This document shows, in pieces, positions 25,472 to 37,284 of a stretch of 64,000 bases of DNA; the stretch's first letter is position 1; every line of letters begins with the position of its first letter. Source of the DNA: Lama glama (Eukaryota). The notes under the pieces were generated by a model. It was not told where the DNA came from and did not search any database. It worked only from the letters and a program-made list of their open reading frames with translations. The translations under genes were made by a program, and so were the position numbers. The DNA is taken from the NCBI GenBank assembly GCA_028534125.1, contig CM052817.1, positions 24,244,001-24,308,000 on the forward strand, read 5' to 3'.

Positions 25472-26777
25472 CTCCACTTTCTTTGTTTACAATTATGCAT
25501 GTGTCTTCCCCATGCAAAATACTGCTCCCTAAAGAAGATACTCCAAATATTGCATCCAATCCAATCATGGCACCAGACTTTAAGTCCAGAATGCTGTGGA
25601 GGGGAGGAGGAAGAATTTCCACCTCTATCTAAATTCAGTTCCTCTTGATCCAGAGACATAAGAACTAAAGGGGCAAGTTATATGCCCCCACATTGCCTAT
25701 GTGGAAGAGGGACAGAATAACTCCAATGATACTACTATTCAAAAAGCAGAAGACTTTCCAGCACACAGCAGTCACCACTCCCCCAAACTTCTATTATATT
25801 GCTGGAAAATATCACAAGTTTGCCCTACTCTGGGGTGGGTTGTTTTCCTTCATTAAAGTTCTAGTTATTCTGCCAGGAACAGCTCCCTCGTCCATTGTTC
25901 CCCATAGTTCTTGGCTCTGTACTCTGAGAGGTCTTTTCCTTTTTCACCATTTTGGACATGTATTTCTGAAATAGGGCAAAGGACAATATATGCCTTTGAG
26001 TGGGAACAAGAGGTCCTTTTTTATCTCAAATAGATCTCTGACTCTTTTTGTTTAGGCTGGCAAATGTTTTGCCAACATAGCTCTTTCAAACACTTGCATC
26101 TCAAGCATAGCTCTCTAGGTATTTGATTCTAGACAATTACATGTGCCCAAATCCATTCCACAGTTGTTTTCTAAGACAGGCCTCTTTCTATAGATTTAAT
26201 TATGGATACATTGAGTCCTTTGGGCTTTTTAAAGACCCTATCCTTAGGTTTCTCTTGAAAGTCTTTTTTCCAATTGAAAGAATCCACTAAATATCCTCAT
26301 AAATTCTTCCTGGGTGCTAACAAAGGCTGTACTGGCCACAGCTTTAATTTGGTCTTTAAACTGAAGCAATACCATAATGGCCACACTTCGGATTTGTTGA
26401 GAAGTAATGTCATTTACAACACTGTGATTTCTGAATTATTTATCTTCCCTCTAAATTCTGCTTGCAAACAATTTGTTTTTCCTCCGAGCTTCTTTCTTTC
26501 TTGAGTACTTCATCAAATGCAGTTACTTGCAACTGGCTCCCACTTTCAATGTTTTGCCTCAATAGCACCTAGACCAAATTTACATGATTATTCACTATAT
26601 ATACTTTCTTCTTAGTCAACACAGGTGCAGTTTTACCAAAATTGTTGCTACTCACTAAAACGGCTCACCATTTTCCCATGCCCAAGGAAAACCCCTTCCT
26701 GCTTACCACTTGTTCCCAAAGTGAGTGGCCCACATTTCAGGTTTTAGTAATGTCACCAATCTACTATTAGATGTTTC
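25472..26777 (-). mobile_element. MaLR internal (MLT1-int) remnant
   Basis: Directly abuts the LTR; motifs recalled from MLT1-int include cttccccatgcaaaata, ttgatccagagac.t.agaactaaa..caagttat and cacatttcaggtttt. Confidence 0.65.
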
Positions 26778-26797
26778 TGTAGCAGAGTGTCTGTCAT

Positions 26798-27271
26798 ATT
26801 AGTTACCTAATTCTATGTAATAAAGTACAACAAACTTATTAAAATAATACACATTTATTATATCACAGTTTGGGGGAGTCAAGATATGGCTCAGCTGGCC
26901 TCTCGGCTTCAAGCTCCCACATGAAGTTGCATTCACAGTGCCAGGGTAAGGTCTCCCCTAGAGGCTCAACTGCAGGAAAGGCTACCTGCCCATCTGGGTG
27001 GCCGGCAATACTCACTTCCCTGCAGCTGCAGAATTCACAGCAACTTACTTCTTCAAAGCGAGCGATGAAGGGACTCCATCAAGAGAGGTCCTATATATAT
27101 GGCCCTATGTAATCTCACACATGTAATCCACATGCATCCCATTACCTTTGCCATCTTTTGTAGAAACAGGTCACAGACCCTGCCCATGCTTAAGGGGAGG
27201 GTATCATAAAGGGATGTGAGTACAGGAGATAAAGATCATGGGGGCACTACATCTGCTGTTCACTCACCACC
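26798..27271 (-). mobile_element. MLT1E/D-like MaLR LTR
   Basis: acacatttattatatcacagttt..ggagtc, ggctcaactgcaggaaagg, aggtcacagaccctgcccatgcttaaggggaggg and gatcatgggggcac. Confidence 0.8.
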
Positions 27272-27700
27272 ACCAATCTCCTTTCTAAAGGGGCAACTAC
27301 ATTCTCAGAATCTTCTAACTAGTATATATGACTCTGGGTTAGAGTTTGCCAGTGAGAAGAACTTCCATATAATTTGGAAAATAGAAGTGAAGTAAAAGCC
27401 ATTATTCACAGAAGGCTGTAGCACCCAGATGTAGAGACTTTACAGACTTCTTCAGGATCTCTCATGTTTTTCATGGCAGCATCTCAGATTCTCCCGTAAG
27501 TTCTGTCTGCTCCACATACTCCAGTGCTTCTAGCCAAAGTCATTACTGGCTGTTTCTCTGACCCTCTATCTACCTGTTTTAGACCTTTATTACCTTAGTT
27601 TCTCCCTAATTCATGTAAACTCTAATGTGCATATCAAATATCTTATTCCCATAATAGTTGTGATGGTTCTATTCTTTGACTGAACCCAGATAGATATACA
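27272..27700 (+). mobile_element. LTR33-like ERVL LTR (5' stub probably at 26777-26797)
   Basis: ctctgggttagagtttgccagtgagaag..atttggaaaatagaag and terminal ctgaacccagatagatataca. Confidence 0.6.
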
Positions 27701-27714
27701 TGCACTGCAGACTT

Positions 27715-27875
27715 ACAATTTGCAAACCTGTGTTACAACTGAATTATCTTGGGAGTACTTTTTAAAAGCCTGTACTCCAAGTCAGAATCTTTAGGAGGTG
27801 GGCTCTCGGATCTGGATTTTCAAAACAGTTTCCCAAGTGATTTTAATACAAAAATCAGTTTGGGGAGCCAATGAA
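27715..27875. mobile_element. MER5-type hAT-Charlie element
   Basis: tcagaatctttaggaggtgggc...tttcccaagtgattttaatac...agtttggggagcc. Confidence 0.7.
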
Positions 27876-27889
27876 GTCACATTAACCTG

Positions 27890-28055
27890 TATATTAGGAG
27901 ATCTGGACCAAAGTCTCAGCTCTTTTATCAGTTAACAATCTGACACTTAATAAGTCACCTAATATCTCCATGTCCCTGTATGTCACGTACAATATTTCCT
28001 TATATATGAAAAGAGATTAGATTATTTCTAAGGTTCCCACGATCTGAAATTTGAT
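27890..28055 (+). mobile_element. MIR3/MIRc fragment
   Basis: aagtcacctaatatctc...gattatttctaaggttccc. Confidence 0.55.
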
Positions 28056-28084
28056 CTTGTGACTCTATTTCAAACACAAATATC

Positions 28085-28312
28085 TTTATCTGGGTTTTAA
28101 TCCAAGCTGCATAACTTACTAGATCTGTGACCTTGAGAAGGTCACCTCAGTCCTCTAGGCCACAGCTTCCTCATCTATAAAATGAGGATGGTAATAGTGT
28201 CTACCTCAATGGGTGGTTATGAGTATTAAATTCATTAAGTCATATAGTGTCTGTAAAATATTTAAAATAGTGTCTGGAATATTATAAGCACATTATAAGT
28301 GCTTATTAAAAT
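28085..28312 (+). mobile_element. MIR SINE
   Basis: acttactagatctgtgaccttgagaaggtcac..cagcttcctcatctataaaatgaggatggtaatagtgtctacctc. Confidence 0.9.
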
Positions 28313-28337
28313 AAAATTTAGAAGCAATTTGGAGGCT

Positions 28338-28625
28338 AACATTTACTACTGGCACTAATATTCTAAGCTAATAGTGTAACATTGTAGGCAATAGGGATAG
28401 ACAATAAATATGGTAAGAACAGTACCTTGTGGAGCTCACAAGCTGATAGGAAAGATACAGATACAAAGAAAGAATTGTAAGAGAATGTGGCAAGTGGTCC
28501 ATGTCTAGGGTTCCCTAGGAGCCCTGGAAATGATGAATGAGTTTTGTCTGAAGGGAATAGGGGCAGACTCTCTGAGGAGATGACATTTGAATTGTTTAAA
28601 AGAACACTGTTTGGCGGACAAAGTA
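28338..28625 (-). mobile_element. L2 fragment
   Basis: ccttgtggagctcaca...gggcagactctctgaggagatgacatttga. Confidence 0.65.
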
Positions 28626-28754
28626 GTAATCCAAGAGAGTAATTACATATTCACAGAGAGAGAAAGAACAGATTGTCAAAAATATTTTTCCTCGGGCAAT
28701 ATATAGGCTTTCAAAGTAGATATTTCACGTGAAATATCTATAACATTGTAGCTA

Positions 28755-29235
28755 GTTGGAACTGTGATTAGTAGCAGTTACCAGAACACTCAACTTTGGT
28801 GGTTAAATAAGTATGAGAATAGACAGCTCAGTCCTGATGAGGTGGCTTAATGACATCTACTAATGGGGACACAGGCAAGGCATCTGCATATGGCTGCACA
28901 ATCTGTGCAGTGCACAATACAAGGGGCCGCCAGTGCCATCAACTGCAAAGTAAATCCAATCCTCCATCCCCTAGTCTTAGGCTCTTTCTATCTCTCACAT
29001 CACCATCCTTAAAATGCAGGGATTGACCCTCATGACGGAAGACGGTTGCTGTATCTCCAGGACCTCATATCTGCCTTCCAGACAGAAAAGCGGGGAAGGG
29101 CAAATGGGGTGAAAATGATTTATCCTAATTAGGTTTTGGCTTTTATTCAAAAGTGATGCTCTTCACTGGGACTTTTCCAACATCTCATTGCCCAGATCCA
29201 TGGCACAACCTGGCTGTTAGTATGGTGGCAAGATG
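28755..29235 (-). mobile_element. Old MLT1K/L-like LTR, possibly containing a small MER91-like DNA element near 28875-28935
   Basis: cagaacactcaactttggtggttaaataag and ggttgctgtatctccaggacctcatatctgccttcc; tgcacaatctgtgcagtgcacaa. Confidence 0.5.
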
Positions 29236-29429
29236 GAGCAAGCAGCTTTCCAGAAGATGAAAGTAATAAAGAGGATTTAATTGGAGGTTGACATTTATTG
29301 ACATAACCCATTCTGAGATCATTTTGAGGGCATTATGCAATGTTTTGAGCTTCAAGATTTCTACGTAATATACAGTATTTAAGAGGCAATAACCTTCCCC
29401 CTGCTTATTTCCTTTCTTTCTACTCTGCT

Positions 29430-29800
29430 TGCATCTATGCACCAGTCACGCTGGACTTCATTTCTTGGACATACCGTGTTCTTCTTTGCTACAAGATCTT
29501 TGCCTTGCTCTTCCTTCTGTCTGAACCTATTTTCTCCTCTCTTTCCCCTTTCCTAGCTAATTCCTACCCATTACTCAAATCTCAATTTAAATGCCACGTT
29601 CAAGGAATTCACACAAACTCCCAGGCCAGGTTAGTTCTACATCCAATAACACTGTATACTCAGCACACTTTAAATTCAGTTCCATATCTGTCTTCTGCTC
29701 TAGTTTGTAAGCTTTATCTAGGAAGGGATTCTGTCCTGGCTTACCTACCACAGTTGCTGGACAATAATATAATTTTGCTGACTTATTTGATCAATTGTTT
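29430..29800 (+). mobile_element. L2 3' fragment
   Basis: ctaattcctacccattactcaaatctcaatttaaatgccac...tagtttgtaagctttatctaggaaggga. Confidence 0.7.
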
Positions 29801-31796
29801 AATCAAAGAGATGGTAAAATTGTACGAATTTTTACATGTTTTAGCTTTCCCTAAAATCAACAATGTAGTGTTATCTATATGCCACAGGAAATACTTCAAA
29901 ATAAACTGACTTCTTGATATCACAGAAATTAAGATGTTAAAAATATACTAATAATTTATAAGAGCCACTGATAGAAGTGTGTCTATATGAGATCATATTT
30001 TTCAGGGCCACATAAATGGTAACTTTGTCTAAGAGACATCAATTTAATCACCTCTTTTACCCTTCAATCTTTCCCCTGGGGCTACCACTAGTAACTTAAG
30101 ATGAATGTTCATGCCTTTTATCCTTTTAGAAATATGAGTAATTAAAAATTGACTTTCAGGATTTCATGCTTCTTCTTAAATTCAATATCCTGGTCTAGTT
30201 AGTGCATTCCTTGCACACATCATGCCAGTTTCTAAGATAATTTATAATTTTTTTTTCATTTATCAAATACACATTTTTTTCTCTACTATATATGAAGTAT
30301 TTCTTCTCTGTGAATTTTAATAAAAATTATTTCAGTGGGGTGAAAAATGCACATATTAACCTCGAATTGCCATATATAGGTCATCTAGAAATGAATTCAT
30401 TTTCTAAATAAATTAAACCACTGTAACCATCAAGAATGAACATCAATGTGTTGATAATTTTATTATAGTGCATTTTATTACCTGAAATTTTTGTGACACT
30501 TCATTAATAGTAAGCCTAACATGATAGAAGAAAGGAGGATAAAATTTAAAACCTCTCTTCTGATTCTGAAACAAAGGAAATGAATGGTTTATGCTTTCAG
30601 TCATTTACGATCTATTGTTGGTTCTTAAAATCTCTGTCCTTTACTAATTTGCTGGCTTCTGTTTTCCTCTGGTCACCTTTATCTTTAATATAATCAAAAT
30701 GGTTAGTCTACTTCATGAAAATTTTTTTCCATAGGGAAATCTGCTCTGTGACTCCATTCTACTTTTCTGAGTTTACAAAATATCCTTTATATCCTCATTG
30801 CCACAGATGTTGGCTTTGTTGTAATGCAATTAGACATGAAACAATTAAATGATGCATAAAGAACATCAATGTCAGATTAGGCTCCCAAACTCGTTAGTAG
30901 AAAGCACAATGATTACCCCAAGAGAGTATATTTTTGAAGAAGCAATAGTCAATGTACTTTCCACTTATTTCCTATCTCTTTTTAGAAGCAAACAGGACAG
31001 TACTTTATTTGCTTCAGTAATCATGTTTCCAGAAACTAAAAGAAAAGAATCTCATCTATGTCAAGTTATGGTCAAACTCATTTTCTAAAATCTTGAAATT
31101 GATGGTACATCAAGCTGTGAAAACGAGTCAAGTGAAAAAGGAAAGCATACAATTAGGCTTGTTTCTGGTTGGCTTGGACACTAGGGAACAGAGAAACATA
31201 ATCAGTAATCTTGAATGTCTAGGGATATACAGGTAAACATCTTTTTATTCTATTCAAAGTTATATCAAGCAAAAAATTAAAGTTTTTAAAAAGTAATTAA
31301 CATTAAGTGAAAGCAAGATACTTAGGAGTTTAGAATATTAAACTACTTGTTAGTTAGCAATTGCTCCTTTGGGATACACATTTGGCTTCAGTTAAAATGG
31401 AGACTGAAAGAACCCAATTTGATTTGCATCGTAACTTCAGTATAAAGCGCTTACAATGAAATTCTAGTTTCCCAAGCACCTGCTGAGCCACATTACTACT
31501 TCTGCGGACCAGAGTATCCTCCAATGTACCATATGACTCTTCATTTATTGTTGTTAAAGTACTCCTTGTTGCAACTTTGAATAGTATATTTTTTATTATT
31601 TTGATGGGTCATTTTCAAATTAGAGTTTTAAGTTTATAAGATTTTTTTTGTAAAACTCCCAAATTCTATAATAAAAATTAGATAATTTTTTAAAAGAAGA
31701 CATAGTATATATAGGATCTGAGATTACACATTTAGGTGTTCCCCTGCTCAAAAGAAGTATCTATTTATTTACATGTAATTATTTTATTTTCAGTCC

Positions 31797-32262
31797 TGTA
31801 TTAGTCAGGGTTCTCCAGAGATACAGAACCTATATGATATATAGAAATATATAGAAAGAGATTTATTATGAGGAATTGCCTCAAATGATTATGGAGGCTG
31901 AGAATTCTATGATATGTCACCTGCACACTAGAGGCCCAGGGAAGCCAGTGGTGTAGTTCCAGTCCAAACCCAAATGTCTGAGAACTGGGAACACCAATGT
32001 CCCAGGGCAGGAGAAGATGGACTTTCCAGTTTAAGAAAGAAGAGCAAATACACTCTTCCTCCACCTTTTCTATTCTAATCAAGCCCTCAATGGATTGAAT
32101 GTTGCCCACCAGCACTGGTGAGGACATCTTTACTTAATCTACCTTTTCAAATGCTAATCTCTTCTGGAAACACTCTCACAGACACACCTTCAGATAATGT
32201 TTTACCAGCTATCTGGGTAGCCCTTAGCCTGGTCAAGCTGACATGTAAAATTAACCCTCACA
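31797..32262 (-). mobile_element. MLT2B-type ERVL solo LTR
   Basis: tgtattagtcagggttctccagaga..cagaacc, gatttattatgaggaattg, aatgctaatctcttctggaaacac and caagctgacatgtaaaattaacc.tcaca. Confidence 0.92.
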
Positions 32263-32599
32263 ACTCTCCATTCCTTTGATAACCAAAACAACTGTAACCA
32301 AATCAAAAGTGCTTTTAAGTTTTTCAAAGTTTTATTTATCTCCTTTTCTGTCCTAGAAGTGTATCTAAATCCTTAAGATATATGTAGGCCAAGGAGTCAG
32401 AAGAGGCATTTAGTCCTTGACCATTTTTCATACTTGTGGACATCTGCTGAGATGTCTTCTTTTACATTTTTGTCTCCATTTAATGATCAACTTATATCTT
32501 TGTAAGCCTTCCTCATACTTACTGATCTATAAATCTATTCAGGCTTAACTCATGTCTTGAATATGCTCTGGTATTTGCTTACTTATGGTAATAATCCAA

Positions 32600-33130
32600 C
32601 AAAGAAAAAGAAAAATTCTGATTTAGAAGAGGTGAGAAAATTTGTCAGATAATGTGTTCAGATATCAATGCAGGATAGGAAATAGCACATAAGTAAAGGC
32701 TTTAGTCCTAGAAGTGAGACAGAAAAATTGATTTATTAAAAACAAAAGAGAAGGTAGAGGTTAAAGGGTAGATGTGTTCTGGGAACTTATGGAAATCCTT
32801 TTCTAATTGTTTCTTTTTTCTCAATGTAATGAGAAGGAAGTTCATCCAATAACTGCCCATGAAGGTAGTGGAGGACGTGTTTTGTACAGCAGATGTTAGA
32901 TATTACAAGAGAAAAGGAGCAAATTCTCATCTAGAAGATTAGAAACTCGATGGACTACAAATTTTAGGCAATAATCTTATATGTATTTTTTTCAGCCCCC
33001 TTCAACTTCATGGGGACAAGCATGAGTAGTCTAAAAGCTGAGTGTTACCAAAATTGGTTTAGCCAAGCATGTACAAGGGTGCAAGAGAAAGGCAAAGGAG
33101 TTGAAGGTGTACATATTCATAAAGATTGAT
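32600..33130 (-). mobile_element. L2 internal fragment
   Basis: ttttctaattgtttcttttttctcaatgtaatgagaaggaagttcatc. Confidence 0.5.
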
Positions 33131-33179
33131 TATACAATATATATATCACTATCTAGCTCTTTCTACAAGTGATTTTAAT

Positions 33180-33306
33180 CATTAGCTTCTGTCTTTTCCT
33201 CCCCCATTTGAGCTTTTTAAAGGTAGGAACTAGGTTTTATTTTTATTTGTACCCCTAGCACCCAGCACAGTTTCTGCCAATATATTTGTTGGCTGAGTGA
33301 ATGGAT
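33180..33306 (+). mobile_element. L2 3' terminus
   Basis: tttgtacccctagcacccagcacagt...tatttgttggctgagtgaatg. Confidence 0.75.
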
Positions 33307-33664
33307 AAAAGAATCTTCTCTTTCATGGCATTTCTTCTTGGTTAGAAATAATCCTTTTATCATTATTACATCAAAATCATTATCTCATTCTCAAAATTAC
33401 TTTATTGTAAAAGAAGAATGCTATATCCTCAGCCATCATAACCACAGTTCAAGAAATCAAAATTAGGGAGAAGGGAATATTTTGAAAGTCCAAAACACCA
33501 ACTCCTGCTTTCATGCCACTGCTGAGAATTTGGTGACTTTGCTACTTTTAACCACAAGGGAGTCCAGAAAGTACAGTGTTTCAGTTAGGCATTGGCACTT
33601 AAATTTAAAATGGTGAAGATTTTACCCTATTTACAAAAAGATAAGTTATCCTGTCAAAGTTTTA

Positions 33665-34193
33665 TATATAAGTAATGACAGGAGCCTCATGGTTTCTGGA
33701 TCATAATTTCAGACAGCTAATTACTCAGACTGAGTCAGTTCCTCACACTCCAATTTTTCACAAAACAACATAACTAAGAACTAAGACACTGCCTGCATAC
33801 ACAATACATTTACATCACAGGAGTCACAATTATGATACTCTAAGTCAAAACTTTGACTCACGTGAATCAAGATTATGAACGTCAGAGTTTATAGAGAGAA
33901 TTCTGGCACAATTACCCATCTCCTTGTCCAGAAAAAAAAAGACTTTTACTCTGGAATATAAACAAATGTCCTCTGGAGGAGAGAGATGAATTAAGGCTTT
34001 AGGTTTCTTAAACTGGAAAGCAAGTGATTGTCTTTGGGGAGATATATCTCTATGTCTCTCCTACGATACTATTGCTAGCTCTCAAGACATGTTAGCTGTT
34101 CATTTATCCTTTAATAAACCTTGTCAGTAATTGCTCAGAAGTCTCCAACCATGCAGAAACATAAAAATATTCATAGAAAATTTCCTCCCAACA
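33665..34193 (-). mobile_element. ERV1-class MER-type LTR
   Basis: Ends catgcagaaacataaaaatattcatagaaaatttcctcccaaca (TG start on the minus strand). Confidence 0.6.
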
Positions 34194-34599
34194 ATTACAC
34201 ATATACACACAAAAATCAGAGTCCTGCTTTTAGTATAAAGAATGGAATGGATATGTTGGTAAACAAACAATGGTTTCTGTGACAATCAGAATTTTGAATT
34301 AAAATTTTAAATGTTCTTATTATGTTGCATTATTTTAAACATTAAAATTTTACTATTTTTTAAAATATTGCTTTTCATAGTGAAGTAAGTGCTTTTAGAT
34401 AAGTCACACAAGTTTTCTGGACCTCAGTGTCATTATTAACAAAATGAGCAGATTTGATTGAATAACCATTAAGACTGCTTACAAATTTAAAAAGGTATAT
34501 TTTAAATAAATTGTAAATTAAATATATCTAGACTAGGAATAGGAGACCTTTTATAATACATTTTTTAAAAAATAGATGCTGAGTGACAAAAACAAATCT

Positions 34600-36240
34600 A
34601 TATTGAATTATCTAAAAATGTTCATTATGGTATGTCTAGGTAACGGTTTTTTTTATACTTACTCTGCTTGCAATTTTTAATGCATCCTGATTCTGTGAAA
34701 TGAGATTTTTCTTTTTTTATTGAAGTATATTTGACTTATAATAGTATGTTACTTTCAGGTGTATAGCAAAGTGATTCAGTTATATATATATTTTTTCAGA
34801 TTCTTTTCCATTATAGGTTATTATAAGATATTGAATACAGTTCCCTGTGCTATACACTAAATGCTTGTTGCTTATCTATTTTATATATAGTGTATGTTAT
34901 CTGTTAATCCCATACTCCTAATTTATACCTCCCCTTGAGATTTTTCTTAATTAAAACAAATTTTTGGCCATCATCTGCTAAAATGTGGCTTCTGTCACTT
35001 TTTCTCTACCACTCTTTCCTGGACTTGTTATATATATCTAAGACATTTTCACCATATCCCGTTTGACTCATACTTACTAGTCTGAATTTTCTTTCATTTT
35101 TCACTTCATGTTTCAGTCTATTATTTTCTTTCTTCTGACATATTTTGTAGGTCACTAGTTCTCCCCTTTAGCTCTTCTGATTTGTTGTAAAATTTCTACT
35201 GAGGTATTAATTGATTATATTTTGAATTTCTAGAACTTCCATTTGGTATTTTCATAAATCCTTTTTGTTCTATATTGAAAATCTTCATCTAGACATTTAT
35301 TTTCTTATACATGTTAATCTGTATATGCAACTTTGTATATGTATATCTGTGAGTCTATTCCTAGTGTCGGTTTTATTCTCTTGGTCTTGTCTCCTGGCAT
35401 GCCCAGTAATTTTTGTACTGTCTGCCAGACATTACATACAAACAATTTTTGAGGCTCTGGAAGACAATTGTTTTCCATTAATGATGATTTGTTGTTGCTC
35501 TGGTAGAGCATTAAAGGTAAAAGTAGATCATTTCAACCCAAAGTTAAAATGATTCCAAAATTTGACTTTAATCTTTATAAAGGCTTTTTGTTTGTTTGTT
35601 CTTAATCATGTAATTTAGCTATTGAATGTCTCAACTGAATGCGTAAGATATTTGCAAGTGTCTGCTTTTCTTAGTGGATATTAAACCACATGTTTTGTCT
35701 CTTCAATTCTTGTGGGACTTCTAAAATCTTAGTTCATCTTCTTGGCTGCTTAGATTCTGCTCTCTGCTTGAGTTCTTGACTTTTGCATTGCTCTACTTAA
35801 CAATCAGAAAATCCCTCAGTGGGAAAAGCAGTCCAAGAACAGGGTAACATTTCTTCTCTCCTCCTTACGTTCTTGCTCTCTGAAATTTTCTCCTGCTATA
35901 AGTGCTGGCTGCCTTTCCAATCCTGAAAGACCTCAAATTTTGTTTTTTTAGGCCTTTAAGAATGCTGAAAACTCTGCTCAGATTCTTAGACCTTTAGCTG
36001 CCCCTTTTGCTCATCTTCTTATTTTCTCAGACTTAAGACTTAAAAATAGGCAAAATTCCTTGCAAAGCAAATTGATGTAAAATGTCAGACTCTCCTCAAA
36101 GCTTTTCCCTTCTCTCCAAATCTCAGGTTCTTTAGTACTCGGCTGTCTTGACACCACTCTAATTCCTGAAAACATTTTTTAAAATGTATTTAGCTTTTCT
36201 AGTTGTTCTTTTCAGAACTGTTCTGATTCAAGCTAATGAG
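34600..36240 (-). mobile_element. Old L1M-type fragment, host of the young L1
   Basis: ttctagaacttccatttggtattttc and gcatgcccagtaatttttgtactgtctgccagacat; reads continuously across the 34701-34948 insertion. Confidence 0.55.
34714..34935 (-). mobile_element. Young 5'-truncated L1 3' end with a 13-bp TSD
   Basis: ttttttattgaagtatatttgacttataatag...ttccctgtgctatac; identical tgagatttttctt at 34701-34713 and 34936-34948. Confidence 0.92.
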
Positions 36241-36469
36241 GAATATTATTTCATATAAATATTTTCAGTACAGCCTTTAAGAAGCAGTTAATAACGTATG
36301 TATATGCCTATTTAATTGTATTATTTTTATTTGTACAAAGCATTATTTAATTCTTATGTTTATAGGAAAATTACTTGTCTTGACAGTATATTGCCCTGGA
36401 TAAAAGGCAAATGTGTAATCTGTAATTATTTTCTACCTGAGCATTTAAGATTAATGATAATGATGATTT

Positions 36470-36690
36470 ACTAATAAAAAGTAACATGTATTGCTTACTA
36501 TCGGCCAAGCACTGTCCTAAAGTTTTACATGCTTTAGTTGAATTTTCACAACAACACTGTAAGGTCCTTCAATTATCCCAATTTAAACAGATGAGGAAAT
36601 TTTGGCATAACTTGTCAAATGTTATACACCTGTGCTGCAATGGAACAGGTAGCAGGAATGAAGTAAGGTTTGTTTGTAGGCCTAGTAAAT
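36470..36690 (-). mobile_element. MIR SINE
   Basis: gcttactatcggccaagcactgtcctaaagttttaca...aacagatgaggaaa...cataacttgtc. Confidence 0.85.
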
Positions 36691-37284
36691 TAAAAGAATG
36701 TTTCTGAAAAGATTGTTAAAAATGAACAAATCTTAAATCCTACCAGAATGAGTTACTAACAGTGACATTTCAAGCCTTGATAGACAAACAAAGGAAGATA
36801 TTTGGGCAATTCAACAAAAAAATTACTCAGTTCCTACTTTGTTTCAGAACACAGAAAAGAAGTGGATCTCAGTCTGGCTTGGAGGGGACCCTGGGATTTC
36901 TACAGAAGGACACTAAAAACCCCACCTTCCATCCCCTAGTGATCATATTCACTGTATGTGTCCACAGCCTACACTGAATGGAGTTTCCCTGAGTAGCAAG
37001 GTGGATCTTTGACACACTGGCACCTAATCTCATGATTGACCTAATATATTTTCAACTAAACAAAGTTCTGTAAAACAATGTTTGAAGTAAAAATGCTTAA
37101 CTGCTAAGATGATAGGGAAAAGGCTTAATAATAGGAAGGTGGGTGGAAATTAGTGGAAAACTGTATTTGGTGACTTGCAGCATTGAAATTTCAGCAGGAA
37201 CCATCCTCTCAATTTCCCAAACTCTGCTCCTCTTAACAAAGTATATTTAATACTTTTCTCTTTTTAACACTTTAAATATAAGCA

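Noticed and set aside
28284..28306. 8-bp inverted repeat ataagcac...gtgcttat
   Set aside because: Short, lies in a MIR tail and is expected by chance.
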